A stretch of 64,000 nucleotides of DNA, from contig OZ251539.1 of the NCBI GenBank assembly GCA_965243135.1, positions 1,984,001-2,048,000 of the forward strand. Direction: 5' to 3'. Both the position numbers and the translations under genes were made by a program. Origin of the DNA: Alphaproteobacteria bacterium. Lineage in GTDB: Bacteria; Pseudomonadota; Alphaproteobacteria; MPNO01; UBA830. This document shows, piece after piece, positions 42,032 through 53,055 of the stretch. The notes beneath the pieces were generated by a model that had not been told where the DNA came from, ran no database searches, and saw only the letters and a list, made by a program, of their open reading frames with translations. Each line of letters starts with the position of its first letter. Within the stretch, counting starts at the first letter, position 1.

Positions 42032-42421
42032 ATCGATCTCCCGCTTGACCGCGTGCAACAAGTCCGGCTCGCGTTGCGCTTCGTCCAAGGTGACTGGCAA
42101 CGGCCCGCCAACGAACGCCTCCGGCTCGCCATGCCGTTCCGGCGCGCGACCTCGGACGCTTGCGCTTCCCCCTACCGGACTTCCGCTCTTTCGGAAGGCG
42201 GCGACCGGGCGTAAAGGCTTTGTCCCGCAAGGAATTCGGCTATAATCCCGGCGTCGGCGAAAAGGAAGGATCAGGCAGGATTCGAAGGTTGGCGGGCCGG
42301 TCGCCGCGGCTGACGCGCCGTCAAGCCGGAAAGTTGCTGTCGCGACCATGCACGACATTTCTTCCGGCCTCGCCGCCGGGCGGAAACGGCTCCGCCCGGC
42401 GCGCCGCTCGTATGCGGCGGA

Positions 42422-43321
42422 TTGGACGGAATCTTGAACCAGACGTCCGGCATCCCCGCCTACACCCCGAAACACGACAATGTCCGGGGCATCGTCTGGA
42501 TGCTGTTGGCCGTCGTCACGCTGACCTCGATGTTCGCCGTCATCAAGCAGATGACGCTGGAATTGCCGGTATTCGTCGTCGCGCTGTCCCGAACCTTCTT
42601 CTCTCTTTGCCTCCTGCTCCCGTGGCTCGTCAGATCGGGAGTGGCGGCGATTCGGACGGCGCGCCTGACCACTCACTTCCTGCGCGCGATCTGCGGAACC
42701 GCAGCTTTCGTCCTCGTCGTCTTTTCTCTGGAACGCCTGATTCTGGCGGACGCCATGGTTCTGGCCTTCACCTCGCCGTTCTGGTCGATCCTCATTTCCG
42801 CGATCGCTCTGGGGGAAGCCGTCCGGGGGCACCGCGTCGCCGCCACGGCTGCCGGATTTTGCGGCGTCTTGATGATCGTCAAGCCGCAGGGCGACTTCGA
42901 ACCCGCGATGCTGCTGGCCTTGGGCAGCGCTTTGATGACGTCCACTGCGATGATCACCATGAAACGCCTCTCCTCTACCGAACCGCCGACGCGCATCGTG
43001 TTCTATTTCATGCTTTTCGGATCGTTGGCGCTCCTTCCTCCCGCCGTCGCCACGTGGCAAACCCCGGATTCCGGTCAACTCGCGTGGCTTCTTCTCGCAG
43101 GTCTGCTCGGGGCGGTCGGACAGGCTTTTCTGGCTCGCGCCTACGACGCCGGCGAAGTGAGCGTCGTCGCGCCTTTCGACTTCGTTCGCCTGCCGGTCGC
43201 GGCGGTCCTGGGATATCTCGTTTTCCGCGAACTGCCCGACTTCTGGTCGATCTCTGGAACGACGGTCATCGTGGCGTCCGCGATATATCTGCTGCGACGG
43301 GGCGCGAAGGACCGCGGATAA
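42422..43321 (+). CDS. DMT/EamA-family permease
   Basis: About 10 hydrophobic segments in two EamA-like halves (LGEAV..., SVVAPFDF); start uncertain. Confidence 0.88.
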   Translation: MDGILNQTSGIPAYTPKHDNVRGIVWMLLAVVTLTSMFAVIKQMTLELPVFVVALSRTFFSLCLLLPWLVRSGVAAIRTARLTTHFLRAICGTAAFVLVVFSLERLILADAMVLAFTSPFWSILISAIALGEAVRGHRVAATAAGFCGVLMIVKPQGDFEPAMLLALGSALMTSTAMITMKRLSSTEPPTRIVFYFMLFGSLALLPPAVATWQTPDSGQLAWLLLAGLLGAVGQAFLARAYDAGEVSVVAPFDFVRLPVAAVLGYLVFRELPDFWSISGTTVIVASAIYLLRRGAKDRG

Positions 43322-43365
43322 CGCCCTGAAACCCCGCCCCGTCCGTCAGCAAACGGCCGCAAGCG

Positions 43366-44670
43366 TTACCCCCGCTCGTGCACCAGCTTGCCGTCGGCAT
43401 AGGTCGCTCGCACCGCGCGTTCGTCCGCCAGGACGATCTGGGCGAAGAGCGTTTCGCTCAAGCTCTCCGCGCGGTCCACCCGCTGGCGGACCATGGGCGT
43501 CGACCGCAGATCGAGAACCGTCAGATCGGCTTCGTAGCCCGGCGCGACGCGTCCGATCCGATCGCCGAGGGACAATGCCTCCGCCGCGCCGGAGGTGCAC
43601 AGCCAGTACGCCTCTTCAGGATTCAGCGCATGGCCGTTGAGTTGCGCGATCTGGTAGGCCGCTCTCATGGTCGAAAAAGGAGACAGCGAGACGCCGCCTC
43701 CGACGTCGCTTCCGAAAAGAACGCCAATCCCCATTTTGCGCGCCGAAGCGAGGTCGAACAGCCCGCTGCCCATGAACAGATTCGAAGTCGGGCAGTGGAC
43801 GAGTCGCGACCGGCTGTCGGCGACCTGGGCGAAGTCGCGGCCGTCCATATGGATCGCGTGACCCAGCAAGGTCAGCGGGCCGAGCAATCCGAAGCGTCCG
43901 TAAACATCCAGATAAGAGCGCGCCTGCGGGAATAGCTCCCCGACCCAACGCACTTCCTCGTCGTTTTCGGAGACGTGGGTTTGAAGATAGACCCCGGCGC
44001 TTTCCCGAAGCAGCGCGCTGCACGCTTCAAGCTGCGCGGAGGTGCTGGTGGGCGCGAAGCGCGGCGTCACTGCGTAGAGACTCCGCCCGCGCCCGTGCCA
44101 ACGCCGAATGAGCGCGGCGCTGTCGTCGTACCCAAGTTGCGCAGTATCGCGCAGGTTGCGGGGCGCATTCCGGTCCATCAGGACCTTGCCCGCGATCATG
44201 CGCAGACCGCGCGCCTCCGCCTCCTCGAAAAACGCGTCGACCGACCCCGGATGAACCGTGCAGTAGACCGCCGCCGTCGTAACTCCGTTCGCCAACAGCT
44301 CGTCGAGAAAGAACTTCGCTCTGCCGCGCGCATACGCCAAGTCGGCGAACCGCGCTTCTTCCGGAAACGTGTAGGTTTCCAGCCATTGCAGCAATTGCGC
44401 TCCGAAGGAAGCGATCACGCCGATCTGCGGATAATGAACGTGCGCATCGACGAAGCCGGGCAGGATCAGGTGATCGCCGTAATCGTGGCTTGTCGCGCCT
44501 TTGGAAAAGCGGCCGGGAAGCGATCTTCGCTCTCCGGCCCACAAGATCTTGCCGGCCTCCACGGCGACGGCGCCATCTTCCCTGTAGACGACCGCATCCG
44601 GGTTCTTCGAGGGGTCGCCGTCAAACGACAGGATCCGGCCCGTCAGAACGAGGCGGCGAACGTCGTTCAC
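43366..44670 (-). CDS. guaD: Guanine deaminase
   Basis: PGFVDAHVHYPQ, YAVTPRFAPTS, QTHVSEN, HCPTSNLF.GSG and GSDVGGG. Confidence 0.95.
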   Translation of the reverse strand: MNDVRRLVLTGRILSFDGDPSKNPDAVVYREDGAVAVEAGKILWAGERRSLPGRFSKGATSHDYGDHLILPGFVDAHVHYPQIGVIASFGAQLLQWLETYTFPEEARFADLAYARGRAKFFLDELLANGVTTAAVYCTVHPGSVDAFFEEAEARGLRMIAGKVLMDRNAPRNLRDTAQLGYDDSAALIRRWHGRGRSLYAVTPRFAPTSTSAQLEACSALLRESAGVYLQTHVSENDEEVRWVGELFPQARSYLDVYGRFGLLGPLTLLGHAIHMDGRDFAQVADSRSRLVHCPTSNLFMGSGLFDLASARKMGIGVLFGSDVGGGVSLSPFSTMRAAYQIAQLNGHALNPEEAYWLCTSGAAEALSLGDRIGRVAPGYEADLTVLDLRSTPMVRQRVDRAESLSETLFAQIVLADERAVRATYADGKLVHERG

Positions 44671-44730
44671 CTTGCGCAGCGCCTCGAGGCCCCCGGGACG
44701 ACGGCGCGCGCCGCCGCCCCGGGCGGCAGC

Positions 44731-45798
44731 CTATTTCGGTATGCTGCCGTCCACGCCCTCGACGTAGACGTTCATGCCGACCAGCATCTTGTCGCTGGCG
44801 GTCTCGCCATTCTTGACGATCACCTTGCCGGATTGATCCTTGATTTCACCCGCGAACGGATGAATCGTGCCGGCGATGATGCCCTTCCGGGTTTCTTCCG
44901 CGAGGGCCACGACGTCGGCCGGAATGGCCTTGTTGTAGGCGGCGAGCCGCACCATCCCCTGTTTCAGGCCATCCCAGGTATCCGTCGACTTCCAGCTGCC
45001 GTCGAGCGCCGCCTTGGTCCGCTCGATGTAGTACGGATTCCAATCGTCGATGATTGCGGTCAGATGCGCCTTCGGGCCGAAGCTGACCATATCGGACGCC
45101 TGACCGACCGCCCAGACGCCGCGCTGCTCCGCGACCTGGATCGGCGCCGGCGAATCCGTATGCTGCATGATCACGTCGGCGCCCTGATCGATCAGCGTCT
45201 TGGCCGCGTCCGCTTCCTTGCCCGGATCGAACCAGGTCGAAACCCACACAACCTTGATCTTGATGTCCGGATTGACCGAACGGGCCGCCAGTATCGTCGC
45301 ATTTATGCCGCGGATGACCTCCGGGATCGGGAAGGACGCCACGTAACCGAGGATATTGGCCTTGGTCATCTTGCCCACGATCTTGCCGACCACGTAGCGC
45401 CCCTCGTAGAACCGCGCCGAATAAGTCGACATATTCGCCGCCCGCTTGAAGCCGGTGGCGTGTTCGAACTTCACCTTCGGAAATTTCTTGGCGACGCGGA
45501 GAGTCGGGTTCATGTAGCCGAAGGACGTGGTGAAGATCAGGCTATGGCCCGTCGAGGCCAGTTTGGTGATCACGCGCTGGGCGTCCGCTCCTTCCGGAAC
45601 GCTTTCCACGTAGGTCGTGGAAACCTTCGCGCCAAGCGCCTTTTCAACCGCGAGGCGTCCCACGTTGTGCTGATAGGTCCAGCCGTGATCGCCGATCGGT
45701 CCCACGTATACGAAGCCGACCTTCAGTTGCGCCTGGGCCGCGGTCGAGATGCCGGCGGCGGCGACGAGCGCCGCGACGATATTCGCTGCTTTCCGCAT
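44731..45798 (-). CDS. BMP-family ABC transporter substrate-binding protein (purine/nucleoside)
   Basis: Signal peptide, VGFVYVGPIGDHGW, FTTSFGY and WFDPGKE. Confidence 0.93.
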   Translation of the reverse strand: MRKAANIVAALVAAAGISTAAQAQLKVGFVYVGPIGDHGWTYQHNVGRLAVEKALGAKVSTTYVESVPEGADAQRVITKLASTGHSLIFTTSFGYMNPTLRVAKKFPKVKFEHATGFKRAANMSTYSARFYEGRYVVGKIVGKMTKANILGYVASFPIPEVIRGINATILAARSVNPDIKIKVVWVSTWFDPGKEADAAKTLIDQGADVIMQHTDSPAPIQVAEQRGVWAVGQASDMVSFGPKAHLTAIIDDWNPYYIERTKAALDGSWKSTDTWDGLKQGMVRLAAYNKAIPADVVALAEETRKGIIAGTIHPFAGEIKDQSGKVIVKNGETASDKMLVGMNVYVEGVDGSIPK

Positions 45799-45828
45799 GT
45801 CCGTCTCCTTGCGAGCTGGGAATGAGCC

Positions 45829-46755
45829 TCACCCCGTTACATGAAAATTCTTGCCCAGGCAAGCCGGCGCGCTGAGTCTGGCCTTGATTTCGTCCCGCGC
45901 GATGACGACGAGCACCAGGATCGTCGCCAGATACGGCAACATCGACAGAAACTGCGCCGGCACGTCGACGCCCATGCCCTGCGCGTAAAGCTGAACTATC
46001 GTGATGCCGCCGAACAAGTAGGCGCCGAAAAACGCCCGCCAGGGCTTCCACGACGCGAAAACGACGAGCGCAAGCGCGATCCAGCCGCGACCCGCCGTCA
46101 TGTTTTCCACCCAGAGCGGGGTATACGCGACGGACAGGTACGCGCCGCCGATACCCGCCATGGCGCCTCCGAACAGGACCGCCCCCAGCCGGATCAACGC
46201 GACCGGATAACCGATGGAATGCGCGGCGTCGTGGTTCTCCCCGACGGCTCGGAGCGTCAAACCGGCTCGCGTCCTGTCCAGGAACCACGCTACGAAAACG
46301 ACGGCGGCGATGGAAAGATAGACCAATGCGTCGTGGCCGAACAGCAACGGTCCCGCGACGGGGATCGACGTGACGCCGGGAATGTCCAGCTTGGGCAGGC
46401 CGGAGAACGTCTTGCCGACATAGTCGTGTCCGGCGAGAGCGCTGAGACCGAGCCCGAAAATGGTCAGCGCGAGCCCCGTCGCTACCTGGTTGGATTGCAG
46501 GTAGATCGTTAGCAACCCGAAGACGAGAGACAGCGCCAGTCCGGCCGCCGCTCCCGCGATCACGGCGAGAACGCCGCTTCCCGTGGAGACCGCGACCGCG
46601 AACGCCGCGATCGCCCCGATGATCATCATGCCTTCGATGCCGAGATTGAGGACGCCGGATTTCTCGACCACCGCCTCGCCGACGGCCGCGAACACCAGCG
46701 GCGTCGCCGCCGTGACGATGGTGAGCATTGCCGGAATCAGCCAGTCGACGCTCAC
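45829..46755 (-). CDS. ABC transporter permease
   Basis: EKSGVLNLGIEGMM and AGRGWIALALV; GTG start overlaps the upstream stop. Confidence 0.93.
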   Translation of the reverse strand: MSVDWLIPAMLTIVTAATPLVFAAVGEAVVEKSGVLNLGIEGMMIIGAIAAFAVAVSTGSGVLAVIAGAAAGLALSLVFGLLTIYLQSNQVATGLALTIFGLGLSALAGHDYVGKTFSGLPKLDIPGVTSIPVAGPLLFGHDALVYLSIAAVVFVAWFLDRTRAGLTLRAVGENHDAAHSIGYPVALIRLGAVLFGGAMAGIGGAYLSVAYTPLWVENMTAGRGWIALALVVFASWKPWRAFFGAYLFGGITIVQLYAQGMGVDVPAQFLSMLPYLATILVLVVIARDEIKARLSAPACLGKNFHVTG

Positions 46756-47834
46756 TCGACGATCCCCCTCGCCGTCGATCGCCGGGCGACGCGGACGCGG
46801 TACCTGATGAGAACGTCGCACGCCAGCAGAAAGAACAGGAGCATGCCCTGAAAAACGCCGGTGACGGCATTCGGCAGGTTCATCGTGATCTGCGCGGAAT
46901 CGCCTCCGAGATAGGTCAGCGCCATCAGCAAGCCGGCGAACAATACGCCGACGGGATGAAGCCGTCCGAGAAACGCGACGATGATCGCCGTGAAACCGTA
47001 GCCGGGCGAAATCGAGGGTACGATCTGTCCGATCGCGCCCGCCACCTCGATCACGCCGGCAAGCCCGGCGCAACCTCCCGATACCAGCAACGTAAGCCAG
47101 ACGAGACGCGGTTCCTTGAACCCGGCGAATCCTGCCGCGAGCGGCGCCATGCCGACTACCTTGATCTGAAAACCGATAACGTGGCGGGCGATCAAAACCC
47201 ACCCTGCCGCCACCGCCAGCAGCGCCAGCAACGCGCCTGCGTTCAATCGCGTCTCCGCGACGAGGACCGGCAGCGTCGCCGCGTCGTGAAACAGGCGCGA
47301 TTCGGGAAAGTTGAAGCCCTCCGGGTCCTTCCACGGCCCGTGAACGAGGTAACTGAGCGCCAGCAGCGCGACGTAGGTCATCATCAGGCTGGTAAGAATC
47401 TCGTTCGTATTCCACCGAATTCTGAGAAACGCCGGGACGGCCGCCCATGCGACGCCGCCCAGAACGCCGGCCGCCAACATGACCGGCAGCAGAAGAACGC
47501 TCGCGTGGTCGTAGAAGGCGAGAGCGAGTCCGCCGCCGGCGAGCGCGCCGATCGTCAGTTGGCCTTCCGCTCCGATGTTCCAGACGTTCGCCTGAAAGCC
47601 GAGAGAAAGGCCGACGCCGATCAGGATCAACGGCGTCGCCTTCACGCACAGTTCGGCGAGGCCGTCGAGCGTGGAAACGGGATCGATGAAGAACGCGCCG
47701 ATCGCCTTGACGGGATCGACCCCGAGCAGACCGAACATCGCCATCGAGGTAGCGACCGTCAGAACCACCGCGATCGCCGGCGAAGCGTAAATCATCGCGC
47801 GCGACGGTTCGGGTCTGCGCTCAAGTTCGAGCAT
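46752..47834 (-). CDS. ABC transporter permease
   Basis: WNIGAEGQ, NEILTSLM and GYGFTAIIVAFLGRLHP. Confidence 0.93.
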   Translation of the reverse strand: MLELERRPEPSRAMIYASPAIAVVLTVATSMAMFGLLGVDPVKAIGAFFIDPVSTLDGLAELCVKATPLILIGVGLSLGFQANVWNIGAEGQLTIGALAGGGLALAFYDHASVLLLPVMLAAGVLGGVAWAAVPAFLRIRWNTNEILTSLMMTYVALLALSYLVHGPWKDPEGFNFPESRLFHDAATLPVLVAETRLNAGALLALLAVAAGWVLIARHVIGFQIKVVGMAPLAAGFAGFKEPRLVWLTLLVSGGCAGLAGVIEVAGAIGQIVPSISPGYGFTAIIVAFLGRLHPVGVLFAGLLMALTYLGGDSAQITMNLPNAVTGVFQGMLLFFLLACDVLIRYRVRVARRSTARGIVE

Positions 47835-49341
47835 CGTTCTCTCCGTCGAGGCCGGCCATCAGCAGCCCGATCTCCTCGACAGTGACCTCGTCGACGGGAC
47901 GGGTCGCCGACAGGCGGCCTTCGCAAATCACCGCGATGCGGTCGGAAACCTCGAACAGCTCTTCCAGATCCTGGGAAATCACGAGAACCGCGGCGCCCCG
48001 AGATGCGAGATCCAGAAGGGACTGACGTATGGACGCCGCCGAACCTGCGTCGACCCCCCAGGTCGGCTGCAACGCCACTATGATGCCCGGATCCTGCAGG
48101 ATTTCCCGGCCGACGATGAACTTCTGGAGATTGCCGCCTGAAAGGCTTCCGGCGCCGTGGTTCACGCCCGTCGCCTTGACGCGAAATTTTCCGATCACTT
48201 TATCGGCGTAGCGGCGGGAAGCCGGAATGTCGATGAAGCCCCCGCGCATCAGGCCCATCCGCTTCGCCGCCGAAAGAAAACCGTTCTCCCAAATCGACAG
48301 CTCCGCCACCGCGCCGCGGCCGAGGCGCTCTTCCGGAACCAGTCCCATCGCCGCCAGGCGGCGTTCGATCGGCCCCATCGTCCCCGCCGGCGCGCCGTCG
48401 ATGCGGATCGCGGCGGCGTCGTCCGCGATCGCCTCGCCGGTCAGCAACTCCATCAACTCGCGCTGGCCGTTGCCCGCAATGCCGGCGACGCCGACCACTT
48501 CGCCCTCGCGGACCGCGAGATTGATGGATTGGAGGCTCGTCCCGTGGGCGGACGCGACGGTCAGGTTCGCGAGTTCAAGCTTGACGCCGCCGACCGGACG
48601 GCGTCCCGCGCGAGCCGGACTGACCAGATTCTCGCCCATCATCATTTCGGCGAGCGACCGCGCGGTCTGCTCCGCCGGCCTGCAGTCGGCGACGACCTCT
48701 CCCATGCGCATTATGGTGGCCGTATGGCAGAGCGCCCTGATCTCTTCCAACTTGTGCGAGATGTAAAGGATCGAAACCCCCTCGCCGGCCAGCCGCCGCA
48801 ACGTGCCGAACAGTTCCGCCGCCTCCTGCGGCGTGAGGACCGACGTGGGTTCGTCCATGATCAGCAATCTGGGATGCTGGAGCAGGCACCGCACGACCTC
48901 GATCCGTTGCCGTTCTCCGACGGACAGGGTATGGACGTAACGGTCGGGGTCGAGAGGCAGCCCGTACTGCGCGGATACGTCGCGAATGCGCCCGGCCAGG
49001 TCGCCGGCGGCGAGTTTCGACGAAATCCCGAGCGCCACGTTCTCCTCGACCGTCATCGCTTCGAACAGGGAAAAGTGCTGGAACACCATGCCGATGCCGA
49101 GTCTGCGCGCCGCCGCGGGACTGGCGATCCTGATTTCCTTCCCCTCCCAGAGCATTCGTCCGGCGTCGGCCTTCTGCACGCCGTAAATGAATTTCACCAG
49201 CGTCGATTTGCCTGCGCCGTTTTCGCCGAGCAAGGCGTGTATTTCCCCGGGCATGACCCTGAGACCGACATTCCTGTTGGCGACGACGCCGGGATAGGCT
49301 TTCGTCACCCCGATCAGCTCGAGACGCGGCGCCTCCGCCAT
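47821..49341 (-). CDS. ABC transporter ATP-binding protein (two NBDs)
   Basis: GENGAGKST, LSVGERQR, MDEPT and LSGGNLQK. Confidence 0.95.
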   Translation of the reverse strand: MAEAPRLELIGVTKAYPGVVANRNVGLRVMPGEIHALLGENGAGKSTLVKFIYGVQKADAGRMLWEGKEIRIASPAAARRLGIGMVFQHFSLFEAMTVEENVALGISSKLAAGDLAGRIRDVSAQYGLPLDPDRYVHTLSVGERQRIEVVRCLLQHPRLLIMDEPTSVLTPQEAAELFGTLRRLAGEGVSILYISHKLEEIRALCHTATIMRMGEVVADCRPAEQTARSLAEMMMGENLVSPARAGRRPVGGVKLELANLTVASAHGTSLQSINLAVREGEVVGVAGIAGNGQRELMELLTGEAIADDAAAIRIDGAPAGTMGPIERRLAAMGLVPEERLGRGAVAELSIWENGFLSAAKRMGLMRGGFIDIPASRRYADKVIGKFRVKATGVNHGAGSLSGGNLQKFIVGREILQDPGIIVALQPTWGVDAGSAASIRQSLLDLASRGAAVLVISQDLEELFEVSDRIAVICEGRLSATRPVDEVTVEEIGLLMAGLDGENDART

Positions 49342-49342
49342 G

Positions 49343-51646
49343 TCAGGCCGGCCGTCCGGCATCTTCCAGCGCCCGCAGGACGGCTTCGGCCGTGGCCGGC
49401 GCGTCCAGCCTGGGCAGGACTCCGTTTCCCGCGGCGCGGCCGACGGCGTCCCGGATGGCGAGCCACGCCGCGATGGCGAGCATCAGCGGAGGTTCGCCGA
49501 CCGCCTTGGACCTGAAGATCGTCGGCGCGGGATTGGGCGCGTCCTCGAGGATGTGCACCCTGAAGCGCGGCGGGACGTCGCGGCTGCCCGGAATCTTGTA
49601 GGTCGAAGGTCCGTGCGTCATCAGCCGCCCCTTTTCGTCCCACACGAGTTCCTCCGAAGTAAGCCAGCCCATGCCCTGCACGAAACCTCCCTCGATCTGG
49701 CCAAGGTCGACGGCGGGGTTGAGGGAGGAGCCGCAGTCCTGCAGAATGTCGGCCGCCAGCACGCGCGACTCGCCGGTCAGGGTATCGACGACGACCTCGG
49801 CTATGCAAGCTCCGTAAGTGAAATAGTAAAACGGGCTGCCGGTCATGGTTTCCGCGTTCCAGTGAATGTCCGGCGTGCGGTAATATCCCTCGGCCGAAAG
49901 CGACGCCCGGGAGCGCCAGGCGAGTTCCGCGGTCTCGGCGAACGACAGGCTATCGTTGCCCGCGTACACCCTGTTGCGGCGGAATTCGACGGCGCCGGGC
50001 GCGACTCCGAAATGTTCCGCCGCGACTCTCGCCATTCGCGCCTTGATTTCCGAGGCCGCGTTGAAGGCGGCCATCCCGTTGAGATCCGATCCTGCCGACG
50101 CGGCCGTCGCCGTCGTGTTCGGCACCTTGTCCGTTCGCGTCGCCGAGACCCCGACGTTTTCGACGTCGATCTGGAAGGTCGAAGCGACCACCTGCGCGAC
50201 CTTCACGAACAGCCCCTGCCCCATTTCGGTGCCGCCGTGGTTCAGGTGAACGCTGCCGTCGGTATAGACGTGGACCAGCGCGCCGGCCTGGTTGAGAGTC
50301 GGAATATTGAAGGAGATCCCGAACTTGGCGGGCATCAGCGCGATACCCTTCTTCAGAGTTACGTGGCTCGCATTGAAGGCCGTCACGGCGCGCTTGCGGC
50401 CCGCGTAATCCGCTTCGCGAACGAGCTTGTCCACCATCTCCTCGATGATGTTGTCCTTCACCTCCTGGCCGTAAGGCGTGAGGTTGCGGTTCCGTTTTCC
50501 GTACCAGTTGATCGCCCGGACCTCGTCGACCTCCTTTCGCAGGTGGCGCGCGACGTGCTCGATCGCGGTCTCGATGACGAGCATGCCTTGCGGTCCGCCG
50601 AATCCGCGGAACGCGGTGTTGGAAACGGTATTGGTCTTGCAGGGCCAGCCGCGAAGGAGCGCGGCGGGCAGAAAATACGCGTTGTCCGCATGGCAGAGCG
50701 CGCGCGCGAGAACGCCTCCCGACAGGTCCGCGACGTTGCCCGACCGCGCCGCGAGGTCGATCACGACGCCTTCGATGCGTCCCCGTTCGTCGAAGCCGAT
50801 CTCGTAGCGGAAGAGGAAATCGTGCCGCTTCCCGGTCGCCACCATGTCGTCGTCGCGACGAAGGCGCAGTTTGACCGGCCTGCCGCATCGATGCGCGAGC
50901 GCCGCGGATATGGCGGCGACGATCGTCGCCTGGCTTTCCTTTCCGCCGAACGCGCCGCCCATGCGCCGCACCTCGACGGTCACCGCGTTGCGCGGAATGC
51001 CGAGCACGTGACTTACGCCGTGCTGCACTTCCGAGGGGTGCTGCGTGGACGACAGAACGGTCATTTCCCGGTCCTCGCCGGGTATCGCCAGCGCAACCTG
51101 CCCTTCGAGATAGAAGTGGTCCTGACCGCCGCATCGCACTTCGCCGGACACCCTGTGCGCAGCCGAGGCGATCGCCTTCTCCGCGTCGCCGCGGACGATC
51201 CTCGAAGGCGCGCAGGTGAACAGTTCCTTCTCCCATGCTTCCTCGATCGTCAGCACGGGAGTCAGCTCCTCGAAGGAGATTTGCACGAGCTTCGCTGCCG
51301 CGAACGCCTGATCGTACGTATCCGCCGCGACCGCCGCCAATGGCTGGCCCGCGTATTCCGCCGCGTATTCCGCCAATACCGGCTCGCCGGAGAATACCGG
51401 CGCGACGTCGTTGACGCCCGGAATGTCGGCCGCGGTCACGACCGCCGATACGCCGGGCGCTGCGGCCGCCGCCCCGACATCGATGGACAGGATGCGCGCA
51501 TGGGCATGCGGACTGAGGACCAGCGCCGCTTCCTGCGTTCCGGGCGGCGCCGCGACGTCGTCGATATAGGTCGCCGCGCCGGTCACGTGCTTGACCGCGC
51601 TTTCGTGGCGCACCTTCGAATGAACGGCGCCGGCGATGTCCGCCAT
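49343..51646 (-). CDS. xdhB: Xanthine dehydrogenase molybdopterin-binding subunit
   Basis: HESAVKHVTG, GGQDHFYLE, RRMGGAFGGKESQ, AFRGFGGPQG and SKAVGEPP. Confidence 0.96.
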   Translation of the reverse strand: MADIAGAVHSKVRHESAVKHVTGAATYIDDVAAPPGTQEAALVLSPHAHARILSIDVGAAAAAPGVSAVVTAADIPGVNDVAPVFSGEPVLAEYAAEYAGQPLAAVAADTYDQAFAAAKLVQISFEELTPVLTIEEAWEKELFTCAPSRIVRGDAEKAIASAAHRVSGEVRCGGQDHFYLEGQVALAIPGEDREMTVLSSTQHPSEVQHGVSHVLGIPRNAVTVEVRRMGGAFGGKESQATIVAAISAALAHRCGRPVKLRLRRDDDMVATGKRHDFLFRYEIGFDERGRIEGVVIDLAARSGNVADLSGGVLARALCHADNAYFLPAALLRGWPCKTNTVSNTAFRGFGGPQGMLVIETAIEHVARHLRKEVDEVRAINWYGKRNRNLTPYGQEVKDNIIEEMVDKLVREADYAGRKRAVTAFNASHVTLKKGIALMPAKFGISFNIPTLNQAGALVHVYTDGSVHLNHGGTEMGQGLFVKVAQVVASTFQIDVENVGVSATRTDKVPNTTATAASAGSDLNGMAAFNAASEIKARMARVAAEHFGVAPGAVEFRRNRVYAGNDSLSFAETAELAWRSRASLSAEGYYRTPDIHWNAETMTGSPFYYFTYGACIAEVVVDTLTGESRVLAADILQDCGSSLNPAVDLGQIEGGFVQGMGWLTSEELVWDEKGRLMTHGPSTYKIPGSRDVPPRFRVHILEDAPNPAPTIFRSKAVGEPPLMLAIAAWLAIRDAVGRAAGNGVLPRLDAPATAEAVLRALEDAGRPA

Positions 51647-51648
51647 GG

Positions 51649-53055
51649 TCACAGGCTCGTCACCTCCAGTTCGGCTTCCGCGGCCGAGAGGTCGCGCCAC
51701 AGCCGGACGAGAAGATTCGACGCAACCCGCATGCGGTAGGACGCGCTCGCCCGATGATCGTCGATCGGCGCGAAATCGAGCGCCGCTCCGGCTCGAACTG
51801 CGCTTTCTTCCGACCAGGGATCTCCGGTCAGCGCGGCCTCCGCCGCTTGCGCGCGGGCGGGCGTCGCCGCCATTCCGCCGTAAGCGATTCTGGCGTCGGT
51901 GACGATGTCGTCTTCGCAGGCGACGCGGAACGCCCCGATCACCGAGGAGATGTCCTGGTCGTAGCGCCGCGAGACCTTGTAGGTTCGGAACGCCTGACGG
52001 GCGGAAAGCTTGGGCATGCGGATCGAACGGACCACCTCGTTCCGCCGCAGGGCGGTCTCTCGGTAGCCGACGAAGAACTCGTCGATCGGGATCTCCCGCC
52101 GGCCTTCGGCGGACTCCAGGATCAAAACGGCGTCGAGCGCGATCAGGCACGGCAGCGTGTCGCCGATCGGGGAAGCCGTTCCGACGTTTCCGCCGAGCGT
52201 CCCCAGATTGCGGATTTGGCGGGAACCGATCCTTCGAATCAAACGGGCGAAGGACGGATACAGGCGATCCATGTACGGAAGCGCCTCGCTGTAGGTCGCC
52301 GCCGCGCCGACGCTGACCTCGTCCTCCGTCTCGACGATTTCCCGGAGTTCGGCGACGTGCGCGACGTGAAGGACCAATTCCGGACGCGCCCGCAACTTGC
52401 TGACCGACAATCCGAGATCGGTGCCGCCCGCAAGCAGCATGGCGTCGGGATGGCGCGCGCGCAACCGGACAAGCTCGTCCAGGGTGCCCGGCGCCAGAAA
52501 AGCGGCTTCCGCGCGGTCGAGAGAGCGCTGCGGCGGCCGGGAGGGCGCGCGAGGCGCCTCCGCCGCGCAGGCCGTTCGGGCGGCGTCGACGATCGGCCGG
52601 TAACCGGTGCACCTGCAAAGGTTTCCGGCGAGCGCGTCGTGAATTACGTCGTCGTCGAGGCGTTCGTTCGATTGCGCGAGCGCGTAAAGGGCGCAGACGA
52701 ACCCCGGCGTGCAAAATCCGCACTGCGTTCCGTCCCCGGACGCCATCGCCTCCTGCACGAGCGTCAGTCCGTCTTCGTTCCGCAGGCCCTCGACCGTGAG
52801 AATCTCGGTTCCGTCCGCCTGCCCGATCTGCATGAGGCAGGCATTGACGGCCTCGTAACGCGGCCCTGCCTCTTCCGCGACGACGCGGATCACCGTGCAG
52901 GCGCCGCAATCGCCTTCGGCGCACCCCTCCTTGGTTCCCGTCAACCGCAGATTCTCGCGAAGGTAGTCGAGCATGGTGGTCGACGGCGGCGCCGCGGCCT
53001 CGTGAACGGCGCCGTTGAGAACGAAACGGGGTCCGGCGGCGAGCGCGTCGGTCAT
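51649..53055 (-). CDS. xdhA: Xanthine dehydrogenase small (2Fe-2S/FAD) subunit
   Basis: GTKEGCAEGDCGAC, QCGFCTPG, GNLCRCTGY and AGGTD. Confidence 0.96.
   Translation of the reverse strand: MTDALAAGPRFVLNGAVHEAAAPPSTTMLDYLRENLRLTGTKEGCAEGDCGACTVIRVVAEEAGPRYEAVNACLMQIGQADGTEILTVEGLRNEDGLTLVQEAMASGDGTQCGFCTPGFVCALYALAQSNERLDDDVIHDALAGNLCRCTGYRPIVDAARTACAAEAPRAPSRPPQRSLDRAEAAFLAPGTLDELVRLRARHPDAMLLAGGTDLGLSVSKLRARPELVLHVAHVAELREIVETEDEVSVGAAATYSEALPYMDRLYPSFARLIRRIGSRQIRNLGTLGGNVGTASPIGDTLPCLIALDAVLILESAEGRREIPIDEFFVGYRETALRRNEVVRSIRMPKLSARQAFRTYKVSRRYDQDISSVIGAFRVACEDDIVTDARIAYGGMAATPARAQAAEAALTGDPWSEESAVRAGAALDFAPIDDHRASASYRMRVASNLLVRLWRDLSAAEAELEVTSL

Noticed and set aside
42215-42250. TATAAT at 42241 as the promoter of the DMT gene
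   Set aside because: No -35 hexamer at convincing spacing, and it is ~180 bp from the start; insufficient support.
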